Under the pieces are notes generated by a model. The model saw only the letters and a list, made by a program, of their open reading frames with translations. It was not told the origin of the DNA and made no database searches. From an uncultured Smithella sp. (GTDB lineage: Bacteria; Desulfobacterota; Syntrophia; Syntrophales; Smithellaceae), in NCBI GenBank assembly GCA_964581635.1, contig CAZOPH010000002.1:7032-71031 (forward strand): a stretch of DNA of 64,000 nt, read 5' to 3'. The stretch's first letter is position 1, and every line of letters starts with the position of its first letter. The translations under genes were made by a program, and so were the position numbers. Below are positions 39,999 through 50,288 of this stretch, one piece after another.

Positions 39999-42067
39999 TG
40001 CCACATAATCGACTGCAAAAGGAGAAAAGCCCCTACTTGCTCCAGCATGCTCATAATCCGGTGGACTGGTATCCCTGGGGTGAGGAAGCTTTTGAAAAAG
40101 CGCAATTGGAAGACAAACCTGTTTTTCTGTCTATTGGATATTCGACTTGTCACTGGTGCCACGTGATGGAACGCGAATCCTTTGCGGATAAAGAGGTCGC
40201 CGGGCTTCTCAATGAAGCGTTTGTGAGCATTAAAGTTGATCGTGAAGAGCGCCCCGATATCGACGCGGTTTACATGAAGGTATGCCAGTTCATGACGCAA
40301 AGCGGCGGATGGCCTTTGACCATCATGATGACGCCCGATAAAAAACCCTTTTTTGCCGCGACCTATATTCCCAAAAAAACACGATATGGCAGGGTTGGAC
40401 TGCTGGAGATGATTCCAAAAGTCAAATCCTTCTGGCAGACGAAACGTGCGGATGTTCTTTCCGTGGCATCGGAAATTACACAACTCGTGCAACAGCCGAC
40501 CATCAGCAACGCAAAAGATTTTGGCGAAGAAACGCTGCATCGTGCGTATCGATCTTTCTCCATGAGCTTTGACCGGACATACGGGGGCTTCGGTCAGGCA
40601 CCAAAATTTCCCTCTCCGCACAATTTCTTTTTTCTCTTGCGCTATTGGAAACGAACCGGCAATGTGCAGGCTTTGCATATGGTGGAACACACGCTGCAAA
40701 ACATGCGTTACGGCGGGATCTGCGATCAGATAGGATTCGGTTTTCACCGCTATTCGACGGATGCTCGCTGGATCGTTCCACATTTTGAAAAAATGCTCTA
40801 TGATCAAGCGCTTATGGCGATGGCTTTTATAGAACTTTATCAGGCAACCGGAAAAAAGAAATACGAAATATCAGCCCGTGAAATATTTACCTATGTTCTG
40901 CGCGATCTAACCGACGACCGTGGCGGTTTCTATTGCGCCGAAGATGCGGACAGCGAAGGCATGGAAGGCAAGTTCTATTTATGGACAGAGGAAGAGATCC
41001 ACAGCGTTCTTACTCAGAGCGAATCGGATTTGTTCCTGTCTTACTACAGGCACCATAGTGACATATCTATGCCGGGCATGCAGGAAATACCAGACGGTTA
41101 CTTTATTCCGCATCTTAATCCGTCATCAATAGACGATGCAGAGGATGGTTTGACGGGATTCTTCTGTAAAATGGAGGGCATTCGAAAAAAGCTCTTCGCG
41201 GTTCGGGAAAAGCGAGTGCGACCGCATAAAGACGACAAGATTCTGACCGACTGGAATGGCCTGATGATTGCGGCGCTGGCCTGTGGCGCGCGAGTCTTTG
41301 ATGAGCCAACTTACTCTGACGCTGCACTCCGGGCGATGAATTTTATTATTCAATCGCTGCAAACCAAAGAGGGCAGGCTGTTGCATCGATTTCGGGACGG
41401 CCAGGGGTCCATCCCAGCAAACATCGATGACTATTCGTTTATGGTTTGGGCCCTCCTGGAGCTCTACGAGGCAACGTTTGATACAAAGCATCTGTTCAAA
41501 GCATTGGAATTCCAGTCGCACTTATTTGCTTATTTTGTGGATGATCAAAACGGCGGATTCTTTTTTACACCTGCTGACGCGGAAGAGCTTTTGACGCGTC
41601 CCAAAGAACTTCATGACGGCGCCATCCCGTCGGGCAATTCCATTGCATTTATCAATACCTTGCGTCTATCGAGGTTCACCGGCAATGCCAAGATGGATGA
41701 AAGCGCGCGCGAAATTTACAGAGCTTTTGGCGCGCCGGTGGATACGATGCCGACGGCCTATACACAATTTCTGTGTGGGCTTGACTTTGCCATTGGTCCG
41801 GCAAGCGAAGTGATTATTGACGGATATATGAACAAGGAAGATACACGCTTGATGCTGCGTGCTTTAAGAAAAAGTTTTTTGCCCAACACGATCGTTATCT
41901 TTCGATCCGAGGGTTCAACGCCGCCTGATATAGAAACGATCGCGCCGTTTGTGCAATTCCATTCAATACGCAATGGTCAGGCAACCGCCTACGTCTGCTC
42001 GAATTTTACCTGTTCGCTGCCGACGAATGATCCGGAGAAAATGATTGAACTGCTGCATAAGAAGTAG
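39995..42067 (+). CDS. DUF255 thioredoxin-domain protein (YyaL/SPATA20-like: Trx-fold + six-hairpin domain)
   Basis: N-terminus [22 protein letters not shown] ... [18 protein letters not shown] overlap with the upstream dehydrogenase gene. Confidence 0.9.
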   Translation: MMPHNRLQKEKSPYLLQHAHNPVDWYPWGEEAFEKAQLEDKPVFLSIGYSTCHWCHVMERESFADKEVAGLLNEAFVSIKVDREERPDIDAVYMKVCQFMTQSGGWPLTIMMTPDKKPFFAATYIPKKTRYGRVGLLEMIPKVKSFWQTKRADVLSVASEITQLVQQPTISNAKDFGEETLHRAYRSFSMSFDRTYGGFGQAPKFPSPHNFFFLLRYWKRTGNVQALHMVEHTLQNMRYGGICDQIGFGFHRYSTDARWIVPHFEKMLYDQALMAMAFIELYQATGKKKYEISAREIFTYVLRDLTDDRGGFYCAEDADSEGMEGKFYLWTEEEIHSVLTQSESDLFLSYYRHHSDISMPGMQEIPDGYFIPHLNPSSIDDAEDGLTGFFCKMEGIRKKLFAVREKRVRPHKDDKILTDWNGLMIAALACGARVFDEPTYSDAALRAMNFIIQSLQTKEGRLLHRFRDGQGSIPANIDDYSFMVWALLELYEATFDTKHLFKALEFQSHLFAYFVDDQNGGFFFTPADAEELLTRPKELHDGAIPSGNSIAFINTLRLSRFTGNAKMDESAREIYRAFGAPVDTMPTAYTQFLCGLDFAIGPASEVIIDGYMNKEDTRLMLRALRKSFLPNTIVIFRSEGSTPPDIETIAPFVQFHSIRNGQATAYVCSNFTCSLPTNDPEKMIELLHKK

Positions 42068-42074
42068 ATGACCA

Positions 42075-42437
42075 CTACCTCCCTAAGCAGTCGGATTTGC
42101 CTTTACCTTTGCCTTCTGTTGATTCTTTTTTCAGAATGCCGTTTTCAAATGTCAGGGCGTAGATATAATCATTGTCGCCGCAGTTGTAATACCAGATATC
42201 CAATTTGTTGGCGCATTTTTTTGATTTTTTAATTTTCCCATCCTTGTCCACACCCGCGGTTGTCTGCCTTCCTTCGCAGGCTTTTTCTTTAGACGTTGGC
42301 TTGCCGCATGTGATGGACACTTGCATTTTTGTGTCACCGCTTGTGACTAGACCGGAACCGCAGCGAAAGGCTAGGGTATCGGTACTGAAGAAAAACAATA
42401 TAACTAAACCGATCAAGATAATTTGAATTGCCTTCAT
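42075..42437 (-). CDS. DUF2845-like small secreted protein
   Basis: Signal peptide, then CGSGLVTSGDTKMQVSITCGKP ... WYYNCG ... LTFENGIL pattern. Confidence 0.65.
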   Translation of the reverse strand: MKAIQIILIGLVILFFFSTDTLAFRCGSGLVTSGDTKMQVSITCGKPTSKEKACEGRQTTAGVDKDGKIKKSKKCANKLDIWYYNCGDNDYIYALTFENGILKKESTEGKGKGKSDCLGR

Positions 42438-42440
42438 GTT

Positions 42441-43385
42441 TCATCCTTTCTTTTTAATGTCATGGGTCATTATCATGTATTCATACCTGTAAAGATCATA
42501 AATAAAATGCTGGAGTATTTCCTGCTTATCGGAAAGTGGCGTAGAGGATCGCAAGGCAGCTTGCGCTTTATCATTAAAGTCGATGGAAAGGATATCGATA
42601 TACTGCCCTCTGAAGACTTTATAATGGAAAGCACGGGCGATTGTTTGCAAATGAGAAAATTTAATAGTGAATTCGGTGTGACCCTGAAGCACTATTCTTT
42701 CTGGAGTTCCGGGGGCTGTAAAATGTAGATGAGGAATAGACGGGTGATTTCCTGACGCTTCGCAGCTGTGTTCACTTAAATAAATGTAGGGGACAGCCGC
42801 CAGGCATAATTTTTCTACAACTTCCAGGGCGCCGATGTTAATATTTTCATCAGGGGTAAATTTCAGGGAGTATTCTTTCTCATAATCCGCAACTCTGTTT
42901 AAAAAACGAATTGTGTCAGGATCATTTTGCTCAGGGATGTTTTGCTGAAAGACCAGAGTGGGAAAATCACCAAGAATTTCATTTAGAATAGCAAAGTCAA
43001 AGGATCGAAGTTCGGACATGGCCATTTTCAGAAAATCCACTTCGCGGAAATGGACGGGAAACCCCGTTAATGTTTCCTTCTGCTTTTGCAGCAGAAAAGG
43101 TGAAATATCCAACATGGTTGCCTGAAGGTGAGGGGCAAGGACCAGAAAATCCCGCATCAGATACCCCAGGCCACCGCCGACTTCCAGAATGTTTTTTAAG
43201 TCTGTGAGGGGGATAAATCGCCCAATAAAGTTAAAAAGATGCTCGCCGAAGGAAGTATTGGATTTTAGGGCTCTACGGCAGGGGCTGTTTTCCGGATACA
43301 GTGCGTTGCAGACGGTCAGTTCCCATCCCAGGGATCTCAATGTGTGAATATGATAACCATCCGTTCTATTTAAAAAGTAGCCCAT
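42441..43385 (-). CDS. Class I SAM-dependent methyltransferase (possibly MidA/DUF185-like)
   Basis: Motif I ILEVGGGLGYLMRDF. A later NEILGDFP resembles the MidA NE..DA.P motif. Subfamily call is low confidence. Confidence 0.72.
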   Translation of the reverse strand: MGYFLNRTDGYHIHTLRSLGWELTVCNALYPENSPCRRALKSNTSFGEHLFNFIGRFIPLTDLKNILEVGGGLGYLMRDFLVLAPHLQATMLDISPFLLQKQKETLTGFPVHFREVDFLKMAMSELRSFDFAILNEILGDFPTLVFQQNIPEQNDPDTIRFLNRVADYEKEYSLKFTPDENINIGALEVVEKLCLAAVPYIYLSEHSCEASGNHPSIPHLHFTAPGTPERIVLQGHTEFTIKFSHLQTIARAFHYKVFRGQYIDILSIDFNDKAQAALRSSTPLSDKQEILQHFIYDLYRYEYMIMTHDIKKKG

Positions 43386-43463
43386 AGGATTAAAATATTT
43401 TATCTGTCTTATGAAAATTATGATAGTTGATGTCTTTAGTTCAGGAAAGCGGAAAAATCAATC

Positions 43464-46400
43464 ATGAATGTTTTTGTCAGCAACAAACTGGAAAAACTGA
43501 TCCAATGTCTTGCCGATCAGTTCAATAAGCCGCTTAAAAATCCCCTGGCGATGGAAACCGTTGTTGTTCAGAGCACGGACATGGCCAAGTGGGTTTCGCT
43601 TCAACTGGCAAGCCGGCATGGTATTGCTGCTAATTACTGGTTTCCCTTTCCCAAAAAGTATTTGGAGATAATATTCAGAGCCTTTATTCCTGAATATTCG
43701 CCGGATTTGTCTTTCGATGAACGAGTGCTCACCTGGAAGATCATGGAACTCTTGCCGCAACTGTCCGGAGATGACGATTTTCTGCCGCTCAGCCATTATC
43801 TGGGAGATTCAAACGATCAGCAGAAAATATATCAACTGGCAAAGAAAATCGCCGCGACGTTCGATCAGTACTTAATTTTTCGCCCGGAGATGATTGTGGG
43901 CTGGGAAGGAGGGAACGTTCATGATACGCGGGAGTGCTGGCAGGCTAAACTCTGGCGGATCATTATTGACTCCCAGGGCACAATGCATCAAGCCCGGTTG
44001 CGGCAACTGTTTTTATCCGCTGTCAAAAATAAGCCTTATCGGCCGGAAGCTCTGCCCGAGCGATTATCCATCTTCGGGATATCGTATCTGCCGCCCTATT
44101 ACCTGGAGATATTTTCCAGTTTGTCGGCCCATTTACCCGTGGATTATTACTATCTCAACCCTTCTCAGGAATTCTGGGCGGATATCCGATCAAGGCGCGA
44201 AATCGGTGCGACGCTCAGCAAAGTATCAACCGACCTGCCTGATATGGATGATGACTTACTGCATTTGGAAAGCGGCAATTCACTTTTGGCCTCTTGGGGC
44301 AGGCAGGGGAGAGACTTTTTTCGACTGATGGAAAATATTTCCGCCGAATATATTGATCGATTTGAAAAACCACGAAGTAATAACCTGCTTGCCTCAATTC
44401 AGTCTGATATCTACCTGCTGCAAGAACCATATACAAGAGACACATCACGAATGCCATGGTCATCTGAAGATAATTCCATTCAGATTCATTCTTGCCACAA
44501 TCCACTTCGGGAGGTTGAAAGCCTCCATGATGTATTACTGAAGCTCTTTGAAGAGGACGGCCGCTTGACACCTAAAGATGTGCTGGTGATGACGCCGAAT
44601 ATCGGATTATATGCCCCATATATTGAGGCGGTCTTTGAATCAAGGGAGCCGAAGATTCCTTATATGATTACGGACCGCGGACTTTTTTCCACAAGCGTCG
44701 TAAACATTGGTCTCATGGCTCTTTTAGATTTAGTCGTGAGCCGTTTTGCGGTTGCAGATGTTTTATCTATCCTGGAAAATGCCGCCATCAGTGAAAAATT
44801 TGAGCTCACATCCGCTGATCTCGAATTGATCCGTTATTGGATTTCTCAAACCCATATTAAATGGGGGATTGATGTCGCGCATCGTCAGACCTATGATCTG
44901 CCACCATTCAGCCAGAATACCTGGCAACATGGGTTAGATCGGTTGCTTGCAGGATTTGCACTGGACGGTCGTCGTCAAGAATTATTTTCGGACATTCTGC
45001 CCTATGGTGAGATCGAATCGGAGCAGGCCCAAGTGCTTGGCCGGTTCTTATTTTTTTGGGAAAAGGTGATTAGTCTAAGGGAAGTTTTGCTTAAGCCCCA
45101 TCCTCTTGCGGACTGGTGTGCGATCCTGCAAAATATTCTTACGGATTTTCTGCCGACATCCGATGCGTATCGTAATGATTTGCATCTTCTCAGGGAATGG
45201 ATTAGCGCTCTTGAAGCCGAGCGGCAGTGGTCCAAATCCAATCAGCGTATGGAATTGAGTATCCTGAAAAGCTATCTTCAGGAATCCGGCAAAAGTCCGG
45301 CGGGAATTTCACACTTTCTGACCCGTGGTGTTTCGTTTTGCGCGCTTTTGCCAATGCGCAGTATTCCCTTTGATGTTATTTGCCTCATAGGCATGGATAA
45401 CGATGCCTATCCTCGCCAGGACAGGAAAATAGGCTTTAATCTTATGGAAACGAAAAAAAGGGCAGGAGATAGATCGCTGAGAAACGATGATCAGTACCTC
45501 TTTCTGGAAGCGCTTTTATCCGCAGGCAAAAATCTGATCATCAGTTATATCGGACAAAGTATGACCGACAATAGCGAAATTCTGCCTTCGGTGTTGGTCT
45601 GTGAGTTTTTGGATTATCTCGATAAAAATTATTACGGCGGAGATGATCAGCCCCTGTCCAATTTGATCACGAGGAAACATCGTTTGCATGCCTTTTCTTC
45701 CGCATATTTTGGAGAAGATAAAAATCTTTATAGTTATTCCAGGAAAAATTATCTGGCGATTCTTGGCCGTCAGGATAAACAACTTCCATTTTTGGAAGAG
45801 GCGCTTCCGGAAACAATCGAGCCCATAGGGATTATTTCGATCAAAGATCTGACGATGTTTTACCGCAATCCGGCCCGGTACTTTCTGGAAAACCGTCTTT
45901 GTCTGACATTGCCCACGGCGCTTTGGGAGGAGGAAGTCAGTGAGCCTTTCTCAATTGACTACCTGAACGCCTATCAGATTAAGCAGGATCTGATGAAGAA
46001 CCATCTCAGTGCAGGGGACGATCAGTTTGTATTCCAACTGAAAAAGGCTGAAGGTGTCCTGCCGGTCGGCAGCGCCGGGAATTACTTTTTCAACACGCTT
46101 ACACGTCAGACAAGGGATTTTGCGGCGAGAGTTGGTATCTACTTGAAAGGGCAACAACCGAAAATTCTGAATATCGATTTGCACATTGGTGATTACAGTC
46201 TGACAGGCGTATTGGACAATCTTTACAGAGATTATCGGATCTGTTACCGGATGGCCAAATTAAAAATGAATGATTATCTGAGTGCCTGGATTTCACATTT
46301 AATTCTGAACGCCGCACCGGCTGAAGGCTACCCGAAAACCAGTCTTATTTTGGGTGAAGATTACTGCTGGCGGTTGCAACCGATCAAAGACGCTCAAGAA

Positions 46401-46700
46401 ATTCTAAAAGTTATCATTAAATATTTTTATCTGGGCCAGACCAAGCCGTTGAAGTTCTTCGCGCGCTCGTCGTGGGACTATGCGCAGGCTCTATGGTTCA
46501 AAGAAAAATCACGCGAGGATGCGATTGTCGCTGCGAATCTGGCCTGGTGGGGCAATGATTACCATTCGTCGGATGCGGAATTTCGGGAAACTTCCTGCAA
46601 AATATGTTTTGAAAACGACGTGCCGATTGATGCAGAGTTTGAGAAAATCGCGGAAGATATTTTGAAAGAACTATTCACTCATCTTGTAAAACTGGAGTAG
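43464..46700 (+). CDS. recC: Exodeoxyribonuclease V gamma subunit
   Basis: 1078 aa. The N-terminus MNVFVSNKLEKL...VVVQSTDMAKWVSLQLASRHGIAANYWFPFP parallels E. coli RecC (VYHSNRLDVL...ILVQSTGMAQWLQMTL..FGIAANIDFPLP). Confidence 0.9.
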   Translation: MNVFVSNKLEKLIQCLADQFNKPLKNPLAMETVVVQSTDMAKWVSLQLASRHGIAANYWFPFPKKYLEIIFRAFIPEYSPDLSFDERVLTWKIMELLPQLSGDDDFLPLSHYLGDSNDQQKIYQLAKKIAATFDQYLIFRPEMIVGWEGGNVHDTRECWQAKLWRIIIDSQGTMHQARLRQLFLSAVKNKPYRPEALPERLSIFGISYLPPYYLEIFSSLSAHLPVDYYYLNPSQEFWADIRSRREIGATLSKVSTDLPDMDDDLLHLESGNSLLASWGRQGRDFFRLMENISAEYIDRFEKPRSNNLLASIQSDIYLLQEPYTRDTSRMPWSSEDNSIQIHSCHNPLREVESLHDVLLKLFEEDGRLTPKDVLVMTPNIGLYAPYIEAVFESREPKIPYMITDRGLFSTSVVNIGLMALLDLVVSRFAVADVLSILENAAISEKFELTSADLELIRYWISQTHIKWGIDVAHRQTYDLPPFSQNTWQHGLDRLLAGFALDGRRQELFSDILPYGEIESEQAQVLGRFLFFWEKVISLREVLLKPHPLADWCAILQNILTDFLPTSDAYRNDLHLLREWISALEAERQWSKSNQRMELSILKSYLQESGKSPAGISHFLTRGVSFCALLPMRSIPFDVICLIGMDNDAYPRQDRKIGFNLMETKKRAGDRSLRNDDQYLFLEALLSAGKNLIISYIGQSMTDNSEILPSVLVCEFLDYLDKNYYGGDDQPLSNLITRKHRLHAFSSAYFGEDKNLYSYSRKNYLAILGRQDKQLPFLEEALPETIEPIGIISIKDLTMFYRNPARYFLENRLCLTLPTALWEEEVSEPFSIDYLNAYQIKQDLMKNHLSAGDDQFVFQLKKAEGVLPVGSAGNYFFNTLTRQTRDFAARVGIYLKGQQPKILNIDLHIGDYSLTGVLDNLYRDYRICYRMAKLKMNDYLSAWISHLILNAAPAEGYPKTSLILGEDYCWRLQPIKDAQEILKVIIKYFYLGQTKPLKFFARSSWDYAQALWFKEKSREDAIVAANLAWWGNDYHSSDAEFRETSCKICFENDVPIDAEFEKIAEDILKELFTHLVKLE

Positions 46701-46706
46701 CCCCGT

Positions 46707-49700
46707 ATGAAGTCTTTTGATCTTTCAACATGTCCGCTGGCGGGCGTTAACCTTATCGAGGCCAGCGCCGGCACGGGCAAGACATATGCCCTGGCAGGTT
46801 TGTACCTACGGTTTCTCGTGGAGAAAAATCTGGCTGCACGGCAATTGCTGGTGATAACTTACACGAATGCGGCTACCGCCGAACTCAAAAGACGCATTTA
46901 TCAAATGGTTGCTGATTCTCAGATCACATTTCTGACGGGAAAAGCATCCTCGGAATTATTGAAAGATCTTTTGGACAAGTATCCTGAAGCACAAGAAAGA
47001 AAAAGGATTGTCCGGAATTTAAGTCTCACGCTGGCCAATTTTGATGAAACAGCCATTTACACGATCCACGGCTTCTGTCAGCGGATCTTGATGGATAACG
47101 CTTTTGCCAGCGGAGAGCTCTTTGAAACGGAGTTAATCGAAAATCAGGAAAGGCTGGAACAGGAATTTGTCGAGGATTTCTGGCGCAGACATTTTTATGA
47201 AAATCATCCTGTGATCGTTCGATATTCACTGGCAGGCAAAATGGATAAAAACACGCTGCTGGCTTTATTGCGGATGATTCTGGCCAAGCCGGATTTAAAA
47301 GTTATTCCCGATTTCGATCCATTCTCGATGGCTGACTTTGAACAGGATCTGAAAGAACTGCGGGAGAATTATTCGCGTTTTCAATCGCTATGGCAGAAAG
47401 ATAAGGACCCAATCGTTGCCGCGCTGCGAGATAAGGCACTAAGTGGTGTGGTTTACGGCAAAAAAGTGGATAGACTGATCCGGGATATCGAAGAGATGAT
47501 GAATCTCGATGATGTATCGTTGCCGGCGCCCGACTGTCTGCAAAAATTAGGTGCGGATTATTTGCGCCGCAAAACTAATAAAAATCAAAGCACCCCCCAA
47601 CATGCCCTTTTTGACCTCAGCCAAGAAATGCTTGAACAATCGGAAAATCTTGAAGCGAGCCTTAATCGATATCTGTCCGGCTTAAAAAGAGAGTTTATGG
47701 AGAAAGCCCGTGTCGATTTTCCCGACTTAAAAAAAAGAAAAAATGTTTTATATTTTGATGATCTACTTTCACGCGCCTATGCAGCTTTGAGCGCTTCCGG
47801 CGGGGATCGGCTTGTGGATATCTTGTGCAATCAATACCGGGCAGTGCTAGTCGATGAATTTCAGGATACAGACCCCTTCCAATTTGCCATCTTGCAGTCT
47901 GTCTTTTTGACACCCGCAAAAAAGACAAATCATGCCTTGTTTTATATCGGCGATCCCAAACAGGCCATATACAGTTTCCGCGGCGCCGATATTTACGCCT
48001 ATCTACGGGCGGCCAAAAGTGTCGATCATCAATACACGATGCAACATAACTGGCGATCGGAAGCATCCCTGATCAACGCTGTCAATGTTCTATTCGAAAG
48101 ACCGGAGCATTCTTTTGTTTACGATGAAATTCCCTATCACAGGATAACGCAAGCTTCGGCGGCGCAAATTAAACCGCTGACCATTGAAGGGAAGGAATTG
48201 GCCGGCTTGCAATGGTGGTTTGTGCCGGGAGGTGAAGATGGAAAAACTCTGGGAGTCGGCATCGCCCGTCAGTTGATTAACCGTGCAGTTGTTTGGGAAA
48301 TATCCCGACTTTTAAAGTCCGGCCGCGAGCAAAAAATATTTATCGGCGAAAAACCCTTAAAGGAAACCGATGTCGCCATTTTGGTGCGTAAAAATACCGA
48401 AGCCATAACCTTTAAAAAGATGTTGACGACAGCAGGGATTCCTTCCGTAATTTATTCGGCAGAGAGTGTATTTTCCTCAGATGAAGCTCAAGAGATGCGG
48501 CGATTGATGCTGGGTATCATCCATTATGAAAATGAGGGTTATGTGCTATCCGCTTTAACAACGGCGTTTTTCAACTTGCAGGCAAAAGACATTGCCGCTT
48601 GCTCCGAAGAAGATGATCGAATGGAAGACTGGCAGATTAAATTTAAAAATTATAGCGGTCTGTGGCAGACCAAAGGCTTTCTGACTATGTTCACTCTATT
48701 GCTGGAACAAGGAAGTGCCCGTCTGCGTAGTGCTTCTCATCCCAATGGAGAAAGACGACTGACGAATTATTTTCATCTGGCACAGCAACTACTTCAGGCG
48801 CAAACCCTGGGTAATCTGAGACCGTCAGATTTACTACGATGGTTTGACGACATGATTCTTGCTGAGGGAAATGCGACAGAAGATCAGCAATTGCGCCTGG
48901 AGACAGACCGGAATTGTGTCCGTATCATCACCATTCATAAGAGTAAGGGACTGGAATATCCGATTGTATTTTGTCCGTTTGTCTGGGAGGCAGGCCCCAA
49001 TCAAAAAGAAAATCTGCCTCTTTGTTTTCATGATGAAAAAAATGACTGGCAAGCCACTGCTGATCTGGGATCGGAAAACATGGATATCCACAGGGAAGTT
49101 TATGACAGGGAAATTTTGTCGGAAAACTGCCGCCTGCTTTACGTGGCGCTCACCCGCGCGAAAAACCGCTGTTATTTTGTATGGGGAAACATCAAAGGCA
49201 CTTCGTCCAGCGCGGTTGCCTATCTTTTTCATCGGGAACTTTGGCTGAATAAAGCGATGAACTTAAGCAACGAAGAGATGATCGAACAGATGCGGTCGTT
49301 TTCCAATCTTGCTCCACGGGACATCCGAATCAAAAGCTTGGAAACAATTTCCGAGGTTGAAAAATGGTCGCCGGAAAAAGAGTTGGGGAATATTTCTTAC
49401 CATGAATTTAAAGGCACGATTGATTCCCAATGGAAAATTGCAAGCTATACCTATCTGACTTCAGCTTCGCAAGATGATGTGGAATGGGACGAGCAGATAG
49501 AATTTACAAACCATTCTGCAGCGATTCCGGAAACGGAGAAAACGGATAACATCCTGTTCTTTCCACCGGGAGCAACCTCGGGTATTCTATTACATGAAAT
49601 ATTGGAAAAGGTCGATTTTACCCGGGTGCATGAAGAACAAACAGAAACGATCATCAGGGGGGTTCTGGAGAAGTATGCTTATCCCGTACAATGGCAGTCG

Positions 49701-50279
49701 GGCATTTTAAAAATGCTCAAAGAACTTGTGCAGGCGAGGCTTGATTGCTCAGGCAAAGGTGAATTCAGTTTATCACAACTGGGCAATGCTCAATGCATTA
49801 AAGAACTGGAATTTTATTTTCCAATGCAAGATATTTATCCTGCAAAGTTAATGTCTGTTCTGCAACAGACGGAACAACTTCACAAATCAGAAGATCAAAG
49901 GAAATTGAATTTCCCTCCGGTTCGGGGCTTTTTAAAGGGATTCATTGATCTGGTCTTTGAGTTCGATGGCCACTATTATCTGGCTGACTGGAAGTCCAAT
50001 GATCTGGGTGATCGTTATGAATATTACGCCCCAACGCTTTTAAAGCGGGAGATGATTAAATCCTTTTACGATGTGCAATATTTAATCTACACCGTCGCTC
50101 TCGATCAGTATCTGAAAAAAAGATTACCCGATTATGAATATGAAAAACATTTTGGCGGCATTTACTATTTCTTTTTGCGAGGCTTTAATTCAAAAGGGGG
50201 GACGACCAACGGAATATTTTTTGATCGGCCTGCCAGGCAATTCATCGTGAAACTGGAGAAAGCGTTACTGGCAAATTAA
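46707..50279 (+). CDS. recB: Exodeoxyribonuclease V beta subunit (SF1 helicase + PD-(D/E)XK nuclease)
   Basis: Walker A EASAGTGKTYAL, VLVDEFQDTD, YSFRGAD. C-terminal nuclease GFIDLVFEFDGHYYLADWKSN. Confidence 0.95.
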   Translation: MKSFDLSTCPLAGVNLIEASAGTGKTYALAGLYLRFLVEKNLAARQLLVITYTNAATAELKRRIYQMVADSQITFLTGKASSELLKDLLDKYPEAQERKRIVRNLSLTLANFDETAIYTIHGFCQRILMDNAFASGELFETELIENQERLEQEFVEDFWRRHFYENHPVIVRYSLAGKMDKNTLLALLRMILAKPDLKVIPDFDPFSMADFEQDLKELRENYSRFQSLWQKDKDPIVAALRDKALSGVVYGKKVDRLIRDIEEMMNLDDVSLPAPDCLQKLGADYLRRKTNKNQSTPQHALFDLSQEMLEQSENLEASLNRYLSGLKREFMEKARVDFPDLKKRKNVLYFDDLLSRAYAALSASGGDRLVDILCNQYRAVLVDEFQDTDPFQFAILQSVFLTPAKKTNHALFYIGDPKQAIYSFRGADIYAYLRAAKSVDHQYTMQHNWRSEASLINAVNVLFERPEHSFVYDEIPYHRITQASAAQIKPLTIEGKELAGLQWWFVPGGEDGKTLGVGIARQLINRAVVWEISRLLKSGREQKIFIGEKPLKETDVAILVRKNTEAITFKKMLTTAGIPSVIYSAESVFSSDEAQEMRRLMLGIIHYENEGYVLSALTTAFFNLQAKDIAACSEEDDRMEDWQIKFKNYSGLWQTKGFLTMFTLLLEQGSARLRSASHPNGERRLTNYFHLAQQLLQAQTLGNLRPSDLLRWFDDMILAEGNATEDQQLRLETDRNCVRIITIHKSKGLEYPIVFCPFVWEAGPNQKENLPLCFHDEKNDWQATADLGSENMDIHREVYDREILSENCRLLYVALTRAKNRCYFVWGNIKGTSSSAVAYLFHRELWLNKAMNLSNEEMIEQMRSFSNLAPRDIRIKSLETISEVEKWSPEKELGNISYHEFKGTIDSQWKIASYTYLTSASQDDVEWDEQIEFTNHSAAIPETEKTDNILFFPPGATSGILLHEILEKVDFTRVHEEQTETIIRGVLEKYAYPVQWQSGILKMLKELVQARLDCSGKGEFSLSQLGNAQCIKELEFYFPMQDIYPAKLMSVLQQTEQLHKSEDQRKLNFPPVRGFLKGFIDLVFEFDGHYYLADWKSNDLGDRYEYYAPTLLKREMIKSFYDVQYLIYTVALDQYLKKRLPDYEYEKHFGGIYYFFLRGFNSKGGTTNGIFFDRPARQFIVKLEKALLAN

Positions 50280-50288
50280 GGTCGCGCT

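Noticed and set aside
39797-40807. 336-aa minus-strand ORF spanning the junction of the GlpD-like and DUF255 genes
   Set aside because: It is antisense to two well-supported + strand genes that are coupled by an ATGA overlap. It has no recognisable motifs, and its composition is typical of a shadow ORF.
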